A stretch of DNA of 64,000 bases from the NCBI GenBank assembly GCA_965204725.1, contig OZ242005.1, positions 3,904,001 through 3,968,000 on the forward strand, read 5' to 3'. The first letter of the stretch is position 1. Each line of letters begins with the position of its first letter. A program made the position numbers and the translations under genes. The notes below the pieces were generated by a model, which was given only the letters and a program-made list of their open reading frames with translations, did no database searches and was not told where the DNA came from. This DNA is from Candidatus Latescibacterota bacterium. Its GTDB lineage: Bacteria; Latescibacterota; UBA2968; UBA8231. Below, piece after piece: positions 30,349 to 40,428 of the stretch.

Positions 30349-31668
30349 ATGAAAGATGTGGTAATGCAGGAGGTTGATAGGATTGACCGTCAGCGAGCCG
30401 AGCAAGAAAAAGAACTCGGCGAAATGATCGAAAAGGTAGAAACGGTCAGTCTGAGCAAACGGCACGGCCAATACGAACTGAATCTGGATAAAGCGGAAGC
30501 GCAGATCGCAAGGTTGAACGCCGAAAAAGAAAAATTGTTGGAAAAGGTCCAAGTCATTGAGGAAGCGCGGCAAAAGAAGCACCTGATGAACGAACAGGCA
30601 CGGGTGCTTGGCAGCAGGAAGAGGGTCGTGGTCAAAGACATGCTCATCTTTTTGCTCATTCTCTTTATTATCGCCATTCTGGTCGTTGACTTGCTCGGCA
30701 TCGGGGCCACTGGCGGCGGGGCCGTTGCCAAAGCCGAAATTGAGAACGGTCAGATCCGCAGAGTCATCATGCTAAACGAAGGGGCTGGATACGAACGGGT
30801 GAATATCGAAATCGCGGACAAAGTAGGGCAGGGTGCCCTTGTCACCGGGCAGGTCGTTGAGGGTAAGCTAACCCAAGTGGATGTCATTGAGGCCGGCGAA
30901 CACTACGTCAATCCCACGGTGGAGATCGCGCCCCACTTTGCGGTCGGCAAGCTGTGGCTGTTTTGGATCCTCGACGTGATTTGCTGCACCATTTTTATGA
31001 TCAACTTCTTTTTTGAGCACACCCTCGCCGCTTCCAAAAAGTGGTACTGGAAGCGCAACTGGATCGATTTCATAACGTCCATTCCGCTGCCGCCGGTGCA
31101 AGTCATTGCCGCTTCCGGCCAATTGGAGTTTGTCCGCTTGGGACGCCTGCTCAGGGCCATGCGGATTTTGCGGGCGTTGAGAGTGTTCCGAGTGGCGATG
31201 TTTTTCTGGCGGGGTATGGATCACTTGAGTTCCACGTTAGACGTGCGGCTCCTCAAGCGGTCTCTGCTATACGGCTTGTTATCGCTCGTGTTTGGAGCCT
31301 GCATTTTCATGGGCTTGGAGCGCATGGAATCCGGTTCGGGGTTCTGGGCGAGTCTTTGGTGGAGCTTTACGACGCTGGTCACCGGCGGGTACGCCGACAT
31401 CCACAACCCCCAGACGGCTTCGGGCAAAATCCTCACCGTGTTTCTGGTGATTACGGGTATGGTTTTGGTGGGGGTTTTTACGGCTACGCTGACGAGCATC
31501 CTCGTAAGCGATGAGGATTCCTTGAAGGTCGAGGAGCTTGAGGAGCAGGTCGGGATTGTAACAAAAATTCAAGAAGACGTAAAAGACATCAACGAGCGTC
31601 TAGGCCAGCTAGAACAGGCCATCCGCGAAGTTGGGGACGCGCTCAACAGAAGCAACCGATCCAGTTAG
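30349..31668 (+). CDS. 6TM voltage-gated cation channel-like protein with N-terminal coiled coil and inserted repeat domain
   Basis: NWIDFITSIP (S3), Arg-rich S4 RLGRLLRAMRILRALRVFR, pore WWSFTTLVTGGYADIHNP, C-terminal coiled coil. Confidence 0.82.
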   Translation: MKDVVMQEVDRIDRQRAEQEKELGEMIEKVETVSLSKRHGQYELNLDKAEAQIARLNAEKEKLLEKVQVIEEARQKKHLMNEQARVLGSRKRVVVKDMLIFLLILFIIAILVVDLLGIGATGGGAVAKAEIENGQIRRVIMLNEGAGYERVNIEIADKVGQGALVTGQVVEGKLTQVDVIEAGEHYVNPTVEIAPHFAVGKLWLFWILDVICCTIFMINFFFEHTLAASKKWYWKRNWIDFITSIPLPPVQVIAASGQLEFVRLGRLLRAMRILRALRVFRVAMFFWRGMDHLSSTLDVRLLKRSLLYGLLSLVFGACIFMGLERMESGSGFWASLWWSFTTLVTGGYADIHNPQTASGKILTVFLVITGMVLVGVFTATLTSILVSDEDSLKVEELEEQVGIVTKIQEDVKDINERLGQLEQAIREVGDALNRSNRSS

Positions 31669-31758
31669 TCGTCAACGGCCTCTGACAACCTCTCGGCAGC
31701 CCATTGATTGATGCTCTGGCCGCTGACTTTTGTCGCGGTGGCTACCGCAGCGTGTACT

Positions 31759-33396
31759 TCAGACGAACTTTTCTCTCGCTTCCAAGACTTTTGCGACTAC
31801 GACTTCGACATCGCCGGCATCTACAAACGGCGACACGATAAAGGACTTTAGCGCGACAATGGGTTCCTGATATTGGGTGTGGCGGTAGCAGTCGGTTGAG
31901 GAAATGACGACTCCGCGCCCGGCCATGGCCTCGGCGTGGACGTACTCGAAAATTTTTCGGTTGTAGTCGTTGTGGGCCAGCAGCGTTTCTCGATAGGCTG
32001 GGTCGTCAAATTCTTGGCGCTTGATCGAAAAGGTATCTACGTCGGGCGGATATACGCGGAAAAGCGTTACCGTGCCAAAGTTGTCGCGGTTGAGCACGGT
32101 GATGGCTTCGTGTCCTTCGAGGTGCTCGCGCAAGAGCTGGGTCATCTCGACGATGTGCCCGAGGGCGACGCGCAGCCCTTGCTTGCCTAAGAAGCGAAAG
32201 TTGGCCAGCGCGGCCAGCGGGCCGGTTCCGGCTCTGGACGTTTCGAGGGTGTACATGCCGGGGCGATGGTCGCCAAAGTGATAGAGGTACGGCATTTGTC
32301 GCTGGTCGCGCATTAGGAGCTGCAAATCGGCCCGCTCTTTGACGAGGACGAGGCTGGAGATGTACGGGGCAAAGCCGGTCTTGTGGAAGTCGATGCCCAT
32401 GGAGTCGGCCAACGCCAGATGGCGGATGCGCCGGCACACTCCGGCGAGGGCGCGGAGGGTCCGCGGTCGAAACGCTAGGGGGTTGGCCTGAAAGTCGTAG
32501 TCGTTGAAAACCGACCACGCCCAGCCGATGACCGCGTCGGCGTGGATGTGGGGGCGATAGGAGAGCTGGAACTCGTCCACTAGCGAGTCGCGCAAGGCCG
32601 CAATCGCCGGCAGGTCGTCCAACCCGAACGCATCCGTAGTCCCCATGGTCGCAATAATGGCGGCGATCTTTTTCCCGCTATCTAAGGCCGTCCGTGCCGC
32701 ATCCGCTAGCTGGGCGAGGTCAATTTCGTTCTCAGCGATCGTCGGAATGGTGATTAGCTGATCGGTGCCAATGCCGAGCCACCCGACGATGTTGTGGGCG
32801 CAGTAGTGCCCGGCGTCGGAAACGAGTACTACTAAGTCGTCGGATACGCCCGTTTGCATGGCCTGTGGACAGGCTTTTTCCAAGCCGATTTTTACTCCAT
32901 AGAGCGTGGTAGCGGTCCCGCCAAAGGTGAATGTGCCGCTGGCTTGTTGGGGGTCGTAGCCCACCAACCGCGCGGTCATGCTGACCGCTTCGACTTCGGC
33001 TAAGGCGACGAGGCGGCTGTATTCGTCCCAAGCGATGTTGGGGTTGTGCAGCGAGGCGAGCAGGACGCCGATGAGGCTGGGAATGGTCGGGGGCGGGATG
33101 ACGTTTTGTTGGGTCTGGGGATGGCTGGAGATGGTTATGCCGCGCAGATAGCCCACCAACTCTGCGGTGACCGCCTCGACCGAAGACATCTCAGCGGGAA
33201 GCTCGGCCTTTTGCGCCTCGGCAAAGTCGCCGGGGATGACCGGGCCGAGCGTGGGCAACTGGGTTTTCAGCGCATCGACTTGGTCTAGGGCGCGCATGAT
33301 GGAATGCACGAAATACGAATCGTGGATGGGGTCGGATACCGGCTGGGGGAAGGCACGGCGGATGTGTTCTAGCGCGTCGCGGTATGATGGGGTCAT
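31759..33396 (-). CDS. Group II PLP-dependent amino-acid decarboxylase
   Basis: FTFGGT, GHY, ATMGTTDAFG.D, HADAVIG, DFHK PLP lysine, LETSR. Confidence 0.9.
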   Translation of the reverse strand: MTPSYRDALEHIRRAFPQPVSDPIHDSYFVHSIMRALDQVDALKTQLPTLGPVIPGDFAEAQKAELPAEMSSVEAVTAELVGYLRGITISSHPQTQQNVIPPPTIPSLIGVLLASLHNPNIAWDEYSRLVALAEVEAVSMTARLVGYDPQQASGTFTFGGTATTLYGVKIGLEKACPQAMQTGVSDDLVVLVSDAGHYCAHNIVGWLGIGTDQLITIPTIAENEIDLAQLADAARTALDSGKKIAAIIATMGTTDAFGLDDLPAIAALRDSLVDEFQLSYRPHIHADAVIGWAWSVFNDYDFQANPLAFRPRTLRALAGVCRRIRHLALADSMGIDFHKTGFAPYISSLVLVKERADLQLLMRDQRQMPYLYHFGDHRPGMYTLETSRAGTGPLAALANFRFLGKQGLRVALGHIVEMTQLLREHLEGHEAITVLNRDNFGTVTLFRVYPPDVDTFSIKRQEFDDPAYRETLLAHNDYNRKIFEYVHAEAMAGRGVVISSTDCYRHTQYQEPIVALKSFIVSPFVDAGDVEVVVAKVLEAREKFV

Positions 33397-33422
33397 TGGC
33401 TGCTCACCTCTGGTCAAAATGC

Positions 33423-33460
33423 AAAAGGCCGAGTGCCAAAAGAGAGGCACTCGACCTTTT
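33423..33460. terminator. Rho-independent terminator after the TonB-dependent receptor
   Basis: AAAAGGCCGAGTGCC...GGCACTCGACCTTTT hairpin. Confidence 0.75.
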
Positions 33461-33493
33461 GAGTGAAACGTCTAGGGTGACTGCTCGGCGTCC

Positions 33494-36073
33494 TTAGAAA
33501 CCGTAGCGGAGTTTCCCGTACCAGAATGCGCCGCTGTACCCAAAGGGGCTAAACTGGCTGTACTTATTGCCCACTCCTCTGGGAGCGTTCGGATTTTCAT
33601 CCGAATAGGTATTGAGGGCATTCTGCCCGCCGACACTGACCATTAACCCGTTGCCAAGCCCATAGCTCGCCTCTAGGTCAAGCAGATGACCGTCGCTCCG
33701 GTACGTCGCCGTATCATCGCCATCAAACCAAGAAGAGTAATAATGCCAGCGCCCGAGGAGATTCAACTCGGGAGAGACGGCTTGTGTCAGAGTTAGACTG
33801 GCGCGGTAAGTGGGCAGACTTTGCTCCAATTCCATGATGCGGCCTTGACTAAGGGTTTCGGGGTTGTAGTCCGTAACCTCGGTTTCCGTGAAGTTGTTGG
33901 CGAAGATCAGATCCCCATTGCCCGCCGGAACCGTGAGGACGATGTCCAGACCTTTCGTTGTCGTCTCGAAATCATTGGTGAAGTAGCGGAAGTTCGTCAA
34001 GTTACGAACGTAAGGCACTTCTCCGTTCTCAAGTTGCGTGATCTGCTCCTCCGTCAGGTTTTCCGTAAGATTGAAGTCCTCAGAGAGGGCGAGGCGATCT
34101 TTCAACAGGATCTGGAAGAAGTCAATGGTTAAGTTCCCGCCCGACAGGTCGGCGACAATGCCCGCCGTAAAGTTGGTTGACTTTTCGGCGTCGAGCGGCT
34201 TGCCGCCCACCAATTCGGCGACCGGGTTGGTCGAAGGAATGGTGCCGTTGTTTACCAAGTCGTTCAGGACCAGATCGAACTGCGTCGATACGTTGAAGGC
34301 ATTTTGCTGCCCGGGCGTGGGAGCCCTAAAGCCGGTGCTATAACCGCCGCGCAGTTTCAGGTCGTCGCTGAGGCCGTAATTGGTCGCCAGCTTGTAATTG
34401 GTGGTGGTGCCGAAATCGTCGAAGTTTTCGTAGCGCACCGCACCAACTAGCAACCAGTTTTCAAGTGCATTGAGCTCGGCCTCGACATAGAAAGCAGAAT
34501 TGGAGCGACTCCAAGTGCCGGCAGCAATATCGGGGAACCCAGGAAAACCATTAGATCCCGAGCTAAATCCCTGCCTAGCTAGCGGACCGATTTGCCAAGA
34601 CGCTTCGTCGCCAGCCACGATTTCAAACTCTTCGGTGCGATACTCAGCACCGGCAGCGAGGAACAACTGCTCGTTGACCGGGAAGGTAAGGTCGAGGTTC
34701 AAGTTGGTGTCCAACTGGATGTAGTCGCCCGGATTGAACGACGTCGGCGAATCAGGCCCCAACGAGGCGTTTACCGTATTGAAAATGAAGAAGTCGGCGT
34801 GATGGCGGCCGTTGGAGGCACTGAGATCCCAAGTGATCGTCGGGTCGGCAATCGTTCCCTTAATGCCCAACAGAATCGAGCGATCGACCGTGTCGGCACC
34901 AAAGCGGGGCGTGAACCCACCCGGCCGACCCGGCCATCTGCCGCCTTGGCTCTCTTGGAAGGTGAAACAGTTGTTGTCGTTAAGAACCGAGTTCAAAGCC
35001 TCGGAGTCTGGCACGTTGTCAGTTATGGTCACCGTGGGGCACTCCCCGCCGGAACCCACACCGTCCAGATCGCCAATGAGCAAGGTCGCGCCGCCGTCCC
35101 CACTGAATACGGAACCCCGCGTGTTTGGATTGCGGAAGTAGAACCCGCCTTCCACTTCTTTGCTGGCATAGTTGGCGTGGCCGTAGAGCTTAATGGCGTC
35201 GGTCAGGCCCGCGCCGTAGTTGGCGAAGAACTTGACGTCGTTTCTGACGAAGGGTTGACCCCATCGCTGAGCCGGGTCGGCCACATTGGTATTGCCCGCT
35301 GCGATCAGGTCAATGGCGTCTTGACGCTGGTAGGAGCGGACGGTCTCATCGGCGTTGCCGTACTCCATGCTGAGGTTGGCCCAGCCCCGCTCGCTGCCCA
35401 AGCCGATATTGCCGGCGGCACTGTAGGTAAACCCGTCGCCTTCTTGGAAAATGCCGGGCTTAAACTCGATAGACCCGCCTTGATAACTGTCTTTTAGCTG
35501 GAAGTTCATCACCCCGGCAATGGCGTCGGAGCCGTACTGAGCCGAGGCCCCGTCGCGCAGCACTTCCACCCGCTTGAGCGCAATGGCTGGGATCGGGGAA
35601 ATGTCCGGCCCCTGTGCGCCATCGGCGACTCCGTTGCCGAGCCAAGTGATTACCGCAGAGCGGTGGCGGCGCTTGCCATTGACCAAGACCAGCGTGTGGT
35701 CGGGCGCGAGGTTGCGCAGACTGGCTGGCCGGACGACAGTGGCCGCGTCGCTGATGGGCTGGGTGTTGACGTTGAAGGAGGGCGCGATATTGCGCAGGAG
35801 ATCGGGCAGGTCTGTGCCGCCTTGGTTGACGAAATCTTCGCCGCGGACTACGTCGACCGGCACGGCCGAGTTCGTCACCGAGCGCGGTTGCCGCGCCCCG
35901 GTCACGACCTGCTCTTCAAGTTCTACGACCCCTTCGAGCATTTCCGCGTTGGCCGCGGCCATCTCTTCTGCTGCCGTCTCTTCTTCCTCCATGGCACCTT
36001 GGGCCATGGCCTCAGACGCCCAACTCACAGAGAGCAGGGCCGCAAGGCCAAAGGCAGATAGGAGCTTTTTCAT
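33494..36073 (-). CDS. TonB-dependent receptor
   Basis: Signal peptide, TonB box EEQVVTG, plug LVLVNGKRRH and VEVLRDGASAQYGSDAIAGV, TGFRAP, terminal YGF. Confidence 0.95.
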   Translation of the reverse strand: MKKLLSAFGLAALLSVSWASEAMAQGAMEEEETAAEEMAAANAEMLEGVVELEEQVVTGARQPRSVTNSAVPVDVVRGEDFVNQGGTDLPDLLRNIAPSFNVNTQPISDAATVVRPASLRNLAPDHTLVLVNGKRRHRSAVITWLGNGVADGAQGPDISPIPAIALKRVEVLRDGASAQYGSDAIAGVMNFQLKDSYQGGSIEFKPGIFQEGDGFTYSAAGNIGLGSERGWANLSMEYGNADETVRSYQRQDAIDLIAAGNTNVADPAQRWGQPFVRNDVKFFANYGAGLTDAIKLYGHANYASKEVEGGFYFRNPNTRGSVFSGDGGATLLIGDLDGVGSGGECPTVTITDNVPDSEALNSVLNDNNCFTFQESQGGRWPGRPGGFTPRFGADTVDRSILLGIKGTIADPTITWDLSASNGRHHADFFIFNTVNASLGPDSPTSFNPGDYIQLDTNLNLDLTFPVNEQLFLAAGAEYRTEEFEIVAGDEASWQIGPLARQGFSSGSNGFPGFPDIAAGTWSRSNSAFYVEAELNALENWLLVGAVRYENFDDFGTTTNYKLATNYGLSDDLKLRGGYSTGFRAPTPGQQNAFNVSTQFDLVLNDLVNNGTIPSTNPVAELVGGKPLDAEKSTNFTAGIVADLSGGNLTIDFFQILLKDRLALSEDFNLTENLTEEQITQLENGEVPYVRNLTNFRYFTNDFETTTKGLDIVLTVPAGNGDLIFANNFTETEVTDYNPETLSQGRIMELEQSLPTYRASLTLTQAVSPELNLLGRWHYYSSWFDGDDTATYRSDGHLLDLEASYGLGNGLMVSVGGQNALNTYSDENPNAPRGVGNKYSQFSPFGYSGAFWYGKLRYGF

Positions 36074-36206
36074 CGGATCTTTCTCCTTCTTAGGGAAAAA
36101 TGGGTTATATATTATTTAACTTATAAGCCAATGAAAGCATATAAGGTATAAATGAATTACTTTTTGGTCAATCATTCATTATTTAAGGGATCGAAGGACA
36201 AAAGCC

Positions 36207-37129
36207 ATGCTGGGCAAATTTTTTGATAAAGTAAAGCAGGGGTTAGCGCGGACGCGGCAGGCGATGACCGAGGTGATCACGGGCAACCCTCGCTTGGACG
36301 ACGATGCGATTGACGATATAGAGGCCGCGCTGATCGGTGCTGATATGGGGCTGGAGACCGCGACCGAACTCGTCGATCCGCTACGCGAGCGGCTCAGGCG
36401 CGGGCAGATAGCAGGCGGGCCGGCCGAAGTGATACAGGTGTTGGAGGAGCAAGTCGCCGCGATGATGACCTCGGCAACGGCTCGGCCTTACCCCTAGCCG
36501 GCGAGTTGCCGGGCCAGCCGTTTGTCGTGCTGATCGTCGGCGTCAATGGCACCGGCAAGACGACGACGGCCGGCAAGCTGGCCAAGCGTTATGCCGATGC
36601 GGGTAAGAAGGTGGTACTCGCTGCCGGCGACACGTTCCGGGCCGCAGCCATTCCACAGCTCGCCATCTGGGCGGAACGCGCCGGGGCCGACCTGATACGG
36701 GCGCAGCGCGGAGCCGACCCGGCGGCTGTGGCCTTCGACGCGCTCGCTGCGGCCAAGTCGCGCCGGGCCGACGTGCTGTTGGTCGATACGGCCGGCCGCT
36801 TGCACAACAAGGTCAACTTGATGGAGGAACTCAAAAAAATCCGCCGCTCGCTGGCCAAGCAAGACCCAGCAGCCCCGCACGAAACCCTGCTGGTACTCGA
36901 CGGGACCAGCGGCCAAAATGCCCTGTCGCAGGCTTCCGCATTCAATCGAGCCACCGAGCTGACCGGGCTCGTGCTGACCAAGCTAGACGGGACGGCTAAA
37001 GGCGGGATCGTCGTCGCGCTGCGGCGTCAGATGAACCTGCCGGTGAAGCTGATTGGGGTGGGCGAAGGAGTGGACGATTTGCAGCCGTTTGACGGGGCGG
37101 CATTTGCCCGCGCCCTGTTCGCCGAGTGA
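36207..37129 (+). pseudogene. ftsY: Signal recognition particle receptor FtsY, split by a -1 frameshift near 36480-36497
   Basis: N domain (GLARTR..LIGADMG) ends at TAG 36495-36497; G domain ([32 protein letters not shown]) continues in the -1 frame. Confidence 0.85.
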
Positions 37130-37133
37130 GGGG

Positions 37134-38246
37134 TTACAGCGCGGCCAGCGCGTCTTCTAGCTCCCCCCTTACCTCCGCATCTTCTTCTACTCTCAGTCGC
37201 CGTTCTAACGCCCCTTTTGCCTCATCGCCCCCGAGTTGGCCCAGTGCCCAAGCCACGTGGCCGCGCACGAGCGGCTCGTTATCGTCGAGAGCTCTGACCA
37301 AGGCTGGCACGGCGGCCTGTTCGCCCGAATTGCCCAAGGCCACGGCGACATTGCGCAAAAAACCGCGGCGTTTGGGGCGCTTGACCGGGCTGCGGCGAAA
37401 CAGGGCGTTGAAGGCTTCGCGGTCGAGTTGGATCAGGTCGATGAGCGCCGGGCTGCTGAGGCCGGCTCGGCTTTTGTACGCCGACTCTGGTGCCGGCTCG
37501 GCCTTGCGGTTCCAAGGGCACACCTCTTGACATACGTCGCAGCCAAAGATCCACTGGCCCATGCCTTGGCGCAGGTCGCGGGGAATCGGCCCCTTGAGTT
37601 CGATGTTGAGATAGGAGATACAGCGCCGGGCGTCGAGCACGTAAGGTTCGGGGAAGGCGTCGGTGGGGCAAGCGTCCAAGCAGCGCGTGCAGGTGCCACA
37701 GTGGTCTGGGGCGGGTTCGTCGTAGTCGAGTTTGAGTTCGGTGATGATTTCGGCCAAGAAGAAGTAGGAGCCGCGGTGCTTGTCGATCAGGCAGGTGTTC
37801 TTACCCCACCAACCCAAGCCCGCCCGCTGGGCGAGTTCGCGCTCTAGGACGGGGGCCGTATCTACAAAATAGCGGCCTTTCGTCTGCACTCCAGCCTCGG
37901 CTAGCACGAATTCCCACAGGGCCGCCAAGCGTTTTTTGACGAGGTCGTGGTAGTCGTCGCCGCGGGCGTAACAAGCGATCCGGCCGCGCAGGGGGTCGGG
38001 TGCCGCAGGCGTGGGCTGGTAGTAATCTATGCCGAGGCAGATGGCGGTCTGGGCACCGGGGACCATCCGGCGCGGGTCCGTGCGTTTGTCGAGGTAGCGT
38101 TTTAGGTAGTCCATCTGGCCGGCATAGCCCAAGGCCACCCAGCGGGCGTAAAACTCGGCCCCCTTTAAGGGGTCGGCCGGGGCGAAACCGACCGAGGTAA
38201 AGCCCAAGGCGCGGGCCTTATGGCGAATTCGTTCGGTCAGCGACAT
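37134..38246 (-). CDS. queG: Epoxyqueuosine reductase
   Basis: YARGDDYH, VDTAPVLERE, GKN, CGTCTRCLDACPT, CISY, FGCDVCQEVCPWN, HEAT-like tail. Confidence 0.95.
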   Translation of the reverse strand: MSLTERIRHKARALGFTSVGFAPADPLKGAEFYARWVALGYAGQMDYLKRYLDKRTDPRRMVPGAQTAICLGIDYYQPTPAAPDPLRGRIACYARGDDYHDLVKKRLAALWEFVLAEAGVQTKGRYFVDTAPVLERELAQRAGLGWWGKNTCLIDKHRGSYFFLAEIITELKLDYDEPAPDHCGTCTRCLDACPTDAFPEPYVLDARRCISYLNIELKGPIPRDLRQGMGQWIFGCDVCQEVCPWNRKAEPAPESAYKSRAGLSSPALIDLIQLDREAFNALFRRSPVKRPKRRGFLRNVAVALGNSGEQAAVPALVRALDDNEPLVRGHVAWALGQLGGDEAKGALERRLRVEEDAEVRGELEDALAAL

Positions 38247-38267
38247 GCCGGGCCGCGCAAGTAGCGA

Positions 38268-39578
38268 CTAGAACATCTCCGCGATGTGGCGGAAGACCAT
38301 CTGATTGAGGTCGTTGAACGTGACCAGCACCATGATCAACAGCATGATAGCCAAGCCGATCTGCTGAAAGACTTCGCGCTGGCGCAACGAGAGCGGTCGC
38401 CGCATGACGGCCTCTAGCGTGAGGAAGGTCAGGTGGCCGCCGTCAAGCACGGGGATGGGCAGGAGGTTGATAATCGCCAAGTTGACACTGAGGATGGCGA
38501 GGAAGTGGACGAAGGAGTGCAAGCCCTGCTCGGCGGTCTGTCCGGCTAGCTGGGCAATGCGCAACGGGCCGCCCAGCTCGTCGGTCGAGCGTTCACCTTG
38601 GAAAAGTTCGCCCAAGAAGTCGAGGATCAGCCAAGAGGAATTGTACACGCCTAGCCCCCCTAGCACGACCGCTTGACCCAACCCGACGGTGTGGCGCGAG
38701 GAGTGAGGGCTGATGCCAATGCGGCCCACCAGCGCGTCGCCTTCGGCGTGGGCTGCGGGGGTGATTAGCTGCTCCATGCGCTGGCTGTCGCGTTCCCAAG
38801 CCAGCAGGGTTGCTTCGCCCGGGTAGCGGCGGATTTCTTCGCTCATCTCGGCCCAACTCACAACCGGAGCTTGGCCGACCGCGAGGATGATGTCCCCTGC
38901 GCGCAGGCCGAGGCTATCGGCCGGCATCCCAGGAACGACCTCTCCCACCGTGGTGGGGCGCATGAGCTGGACGCCGTAACCTTCGTCTCCCGCCGGCGGC
39001 AGGCTGAACGCCAAGAAGACGCCGTCGCGCTCAACTTCGAGATCACCGCCACGGCTGGCGATCTCGTCCAAGGCACGGGCCAACTCGTAGGCGTTGCCGA
39101 CGGGCGTACTCCCTACGGTGCGTACGCGATCGCCGTGTGCCAAACCGGCCTCAGCGGCGAGAGAATTCTCTTGGGGGGTGACGCGGGTGCTGTCGAAGGT
39201 GTCGATCCCATAAAAGCTGAAGAGGAAAACTAGGGCCGCGAAGGCGAAGAGGAAGTTCATCGCCGGGCCGGCCGCAATGACCGCCATGCGGATCCCCACC
39301 GACCTAGAGGGAAATTCCCAATGTGCGCCGGTGATTTTCTCGGTGCCTACATCGGCCATGCCGGCTACCTTGACGTACCCGCCAAACGGGACCCAAGAGA
39401 TACAGTACTCGGTTTCGCCGTGGGTGAAGCCGATCATTTTGGGAGGGTAGCCCAACGAGAAGCGCTCGACGCGAATGCCCGCCCATTTGGCGACCAAGAA
39501 GTGCCCTAGTTCGTGGACGAAAACCAAGACGCCTAAGGCAATGAGAAACGAGGCAATAGTAGTGAGGGTATCAAGCAT
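38268..39578 (-). CDS. rseP: RIP metalloprotease RseP
   Basis: HELGH, PFGGYV, AGPAMN, two PDZ regions, NLLPIPVLDGG. Confidence 0.95.
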   Translation of the reverse strand: MLDTLTTIASFLIALGVLVFVHELGHFLVAKWAGIRVERFSLGYPPKMIGFTHGETEYCISWVPFGGYVKVAGMADVGTEKITGAHWEFPSRSVGIRMAVIAAGPAMNFLFAFAALVFLFSFYGIDTFDSTRVTPQENSLAAEAGLAHGDRVRTVGSTPVGNAYELARALDEIASRGGDLEVERDGVFLAFSLPPAGDEGYGVQLMRPTTVGEVVPGMPADSLGLRAGDIILAVGQAPVVSWAEMSEEIRRYPGEATLLAWERDSQRMEQLITPAAHAEGDALVGRIGISPHSSRHTVGLGQAVVLGGLGVYNSSWLILDFLGELFQGERSTDELGGPLRIAQLAGQTAEQGLHSFVHFLAILSVNLAIINLLPIPVLDGGHLTFLTLEAVMRRPLSLRQREVFQQIGLAIMLLIMVLVTFNDLNQMVFRHIAEMF

Positions 39579-39591
39579 ACTCTAATCCACC

Positions 39592-40428
39592 TCAAGAAAA
39601 AACAGCCAGCACATCTACGTAGAGATACGCCAGCGGAAAGGCCAAAAAATAGGAATCAAAGCGGTCGAGTAGGCCGCCGTGGCCTGGGATTAGCATCGGT
39701 GCGTCCTTGACGCCCATGTCGCGCTTAAAGGCCGATTCCACCAAGTCGCCCACCTGCGCCCCGATGCCGGCGACGAGCAAAAGCCCCAGCAGCGACGCCG
39801 TAGAAAAGGAGGGCAGCAGAAAGCCCAAGGGCATGGGAAGGGTGCTGCCGACTACGCCGCCGATGCATCCAACCCTCGTCTTCTTAGGGCTGATCGCCGG
39901 TGCCAGCTTGGCCCGGCCCCAAAACCGACCGCTGAAGTACGCCCCGGAATCCGTGAGCCAGATGCAGAGAAAGAGCACGGCCACCAAGTGGCGAGCTTCC
40001 TCGCCCCCACCAGCCACTTGAAAAAGCAGCAACGGTACGCTGCCCAAGACTCCGAAGAAGAGCACCCCGCCCAGCGTCAGAAAGGCATTGGCCGCATAGT
40101 GCTCCGTGCCCCTGAACAAGGCCCACACCACAACCAGCAAGATGGCCGCCATCAGCACCGCCGCGAAGTCGTCGCCCGCGCCCCGTAGCCAGAAGTAGCT
40201 GCACAGCCCCAAGACCAACAAGCTACCCGGCAGGCGGATGGGCCGGTAGCCAGCCGCCGCTAGGATGTGGTGGTATTCCCATGAGCAGCGCACGGCCACG
40301 GCCAAGACCAAGAGGAAGAGTGCCCAGCTTGCCCCTTCGACTAGCAGTAGGATGGCCGGCACGAATACGGCCGCCGCGAAAACGCGCTTTCGCAGGCCGG
40401 AAGCTGCTGCCGTGGTGTCAGCCGCCAA
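39592..40428 (-). CDS. cdsA: Phosphatidate cytidylyltransferase
   Basis: DSGAYF.G, ISPKKT, GDLVESAFKR..GVKD, PGHGGLLDRFDS; TTG start inferred. Confidence 0.92.
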   Translation of the reverse strand: MAADTTAAASGLRKRVFAAAVFVPAILLLVEGASWALFLLVLAVAVRCSWEYHHILAAAGYRPIRLPGSLLVLGLCSYFWLRGAGDDFAAVLMAAILLVVVWALFRGTEHYAANAFLTLGGVLFFGVLGSVPLLLFQVAGGGEEARHLVAVLFLCIWLTDSGAYFSGRFWGRAKLAPAISPKKTRVGCIGGVVGSTLPMPLGFLLPSFSTASLLGLLLVAGIGAQVGDLVESAFKRDMGVKDAPMLIPGHGGLLDRFDSYFLAFPLAYLYVDVLAVFS

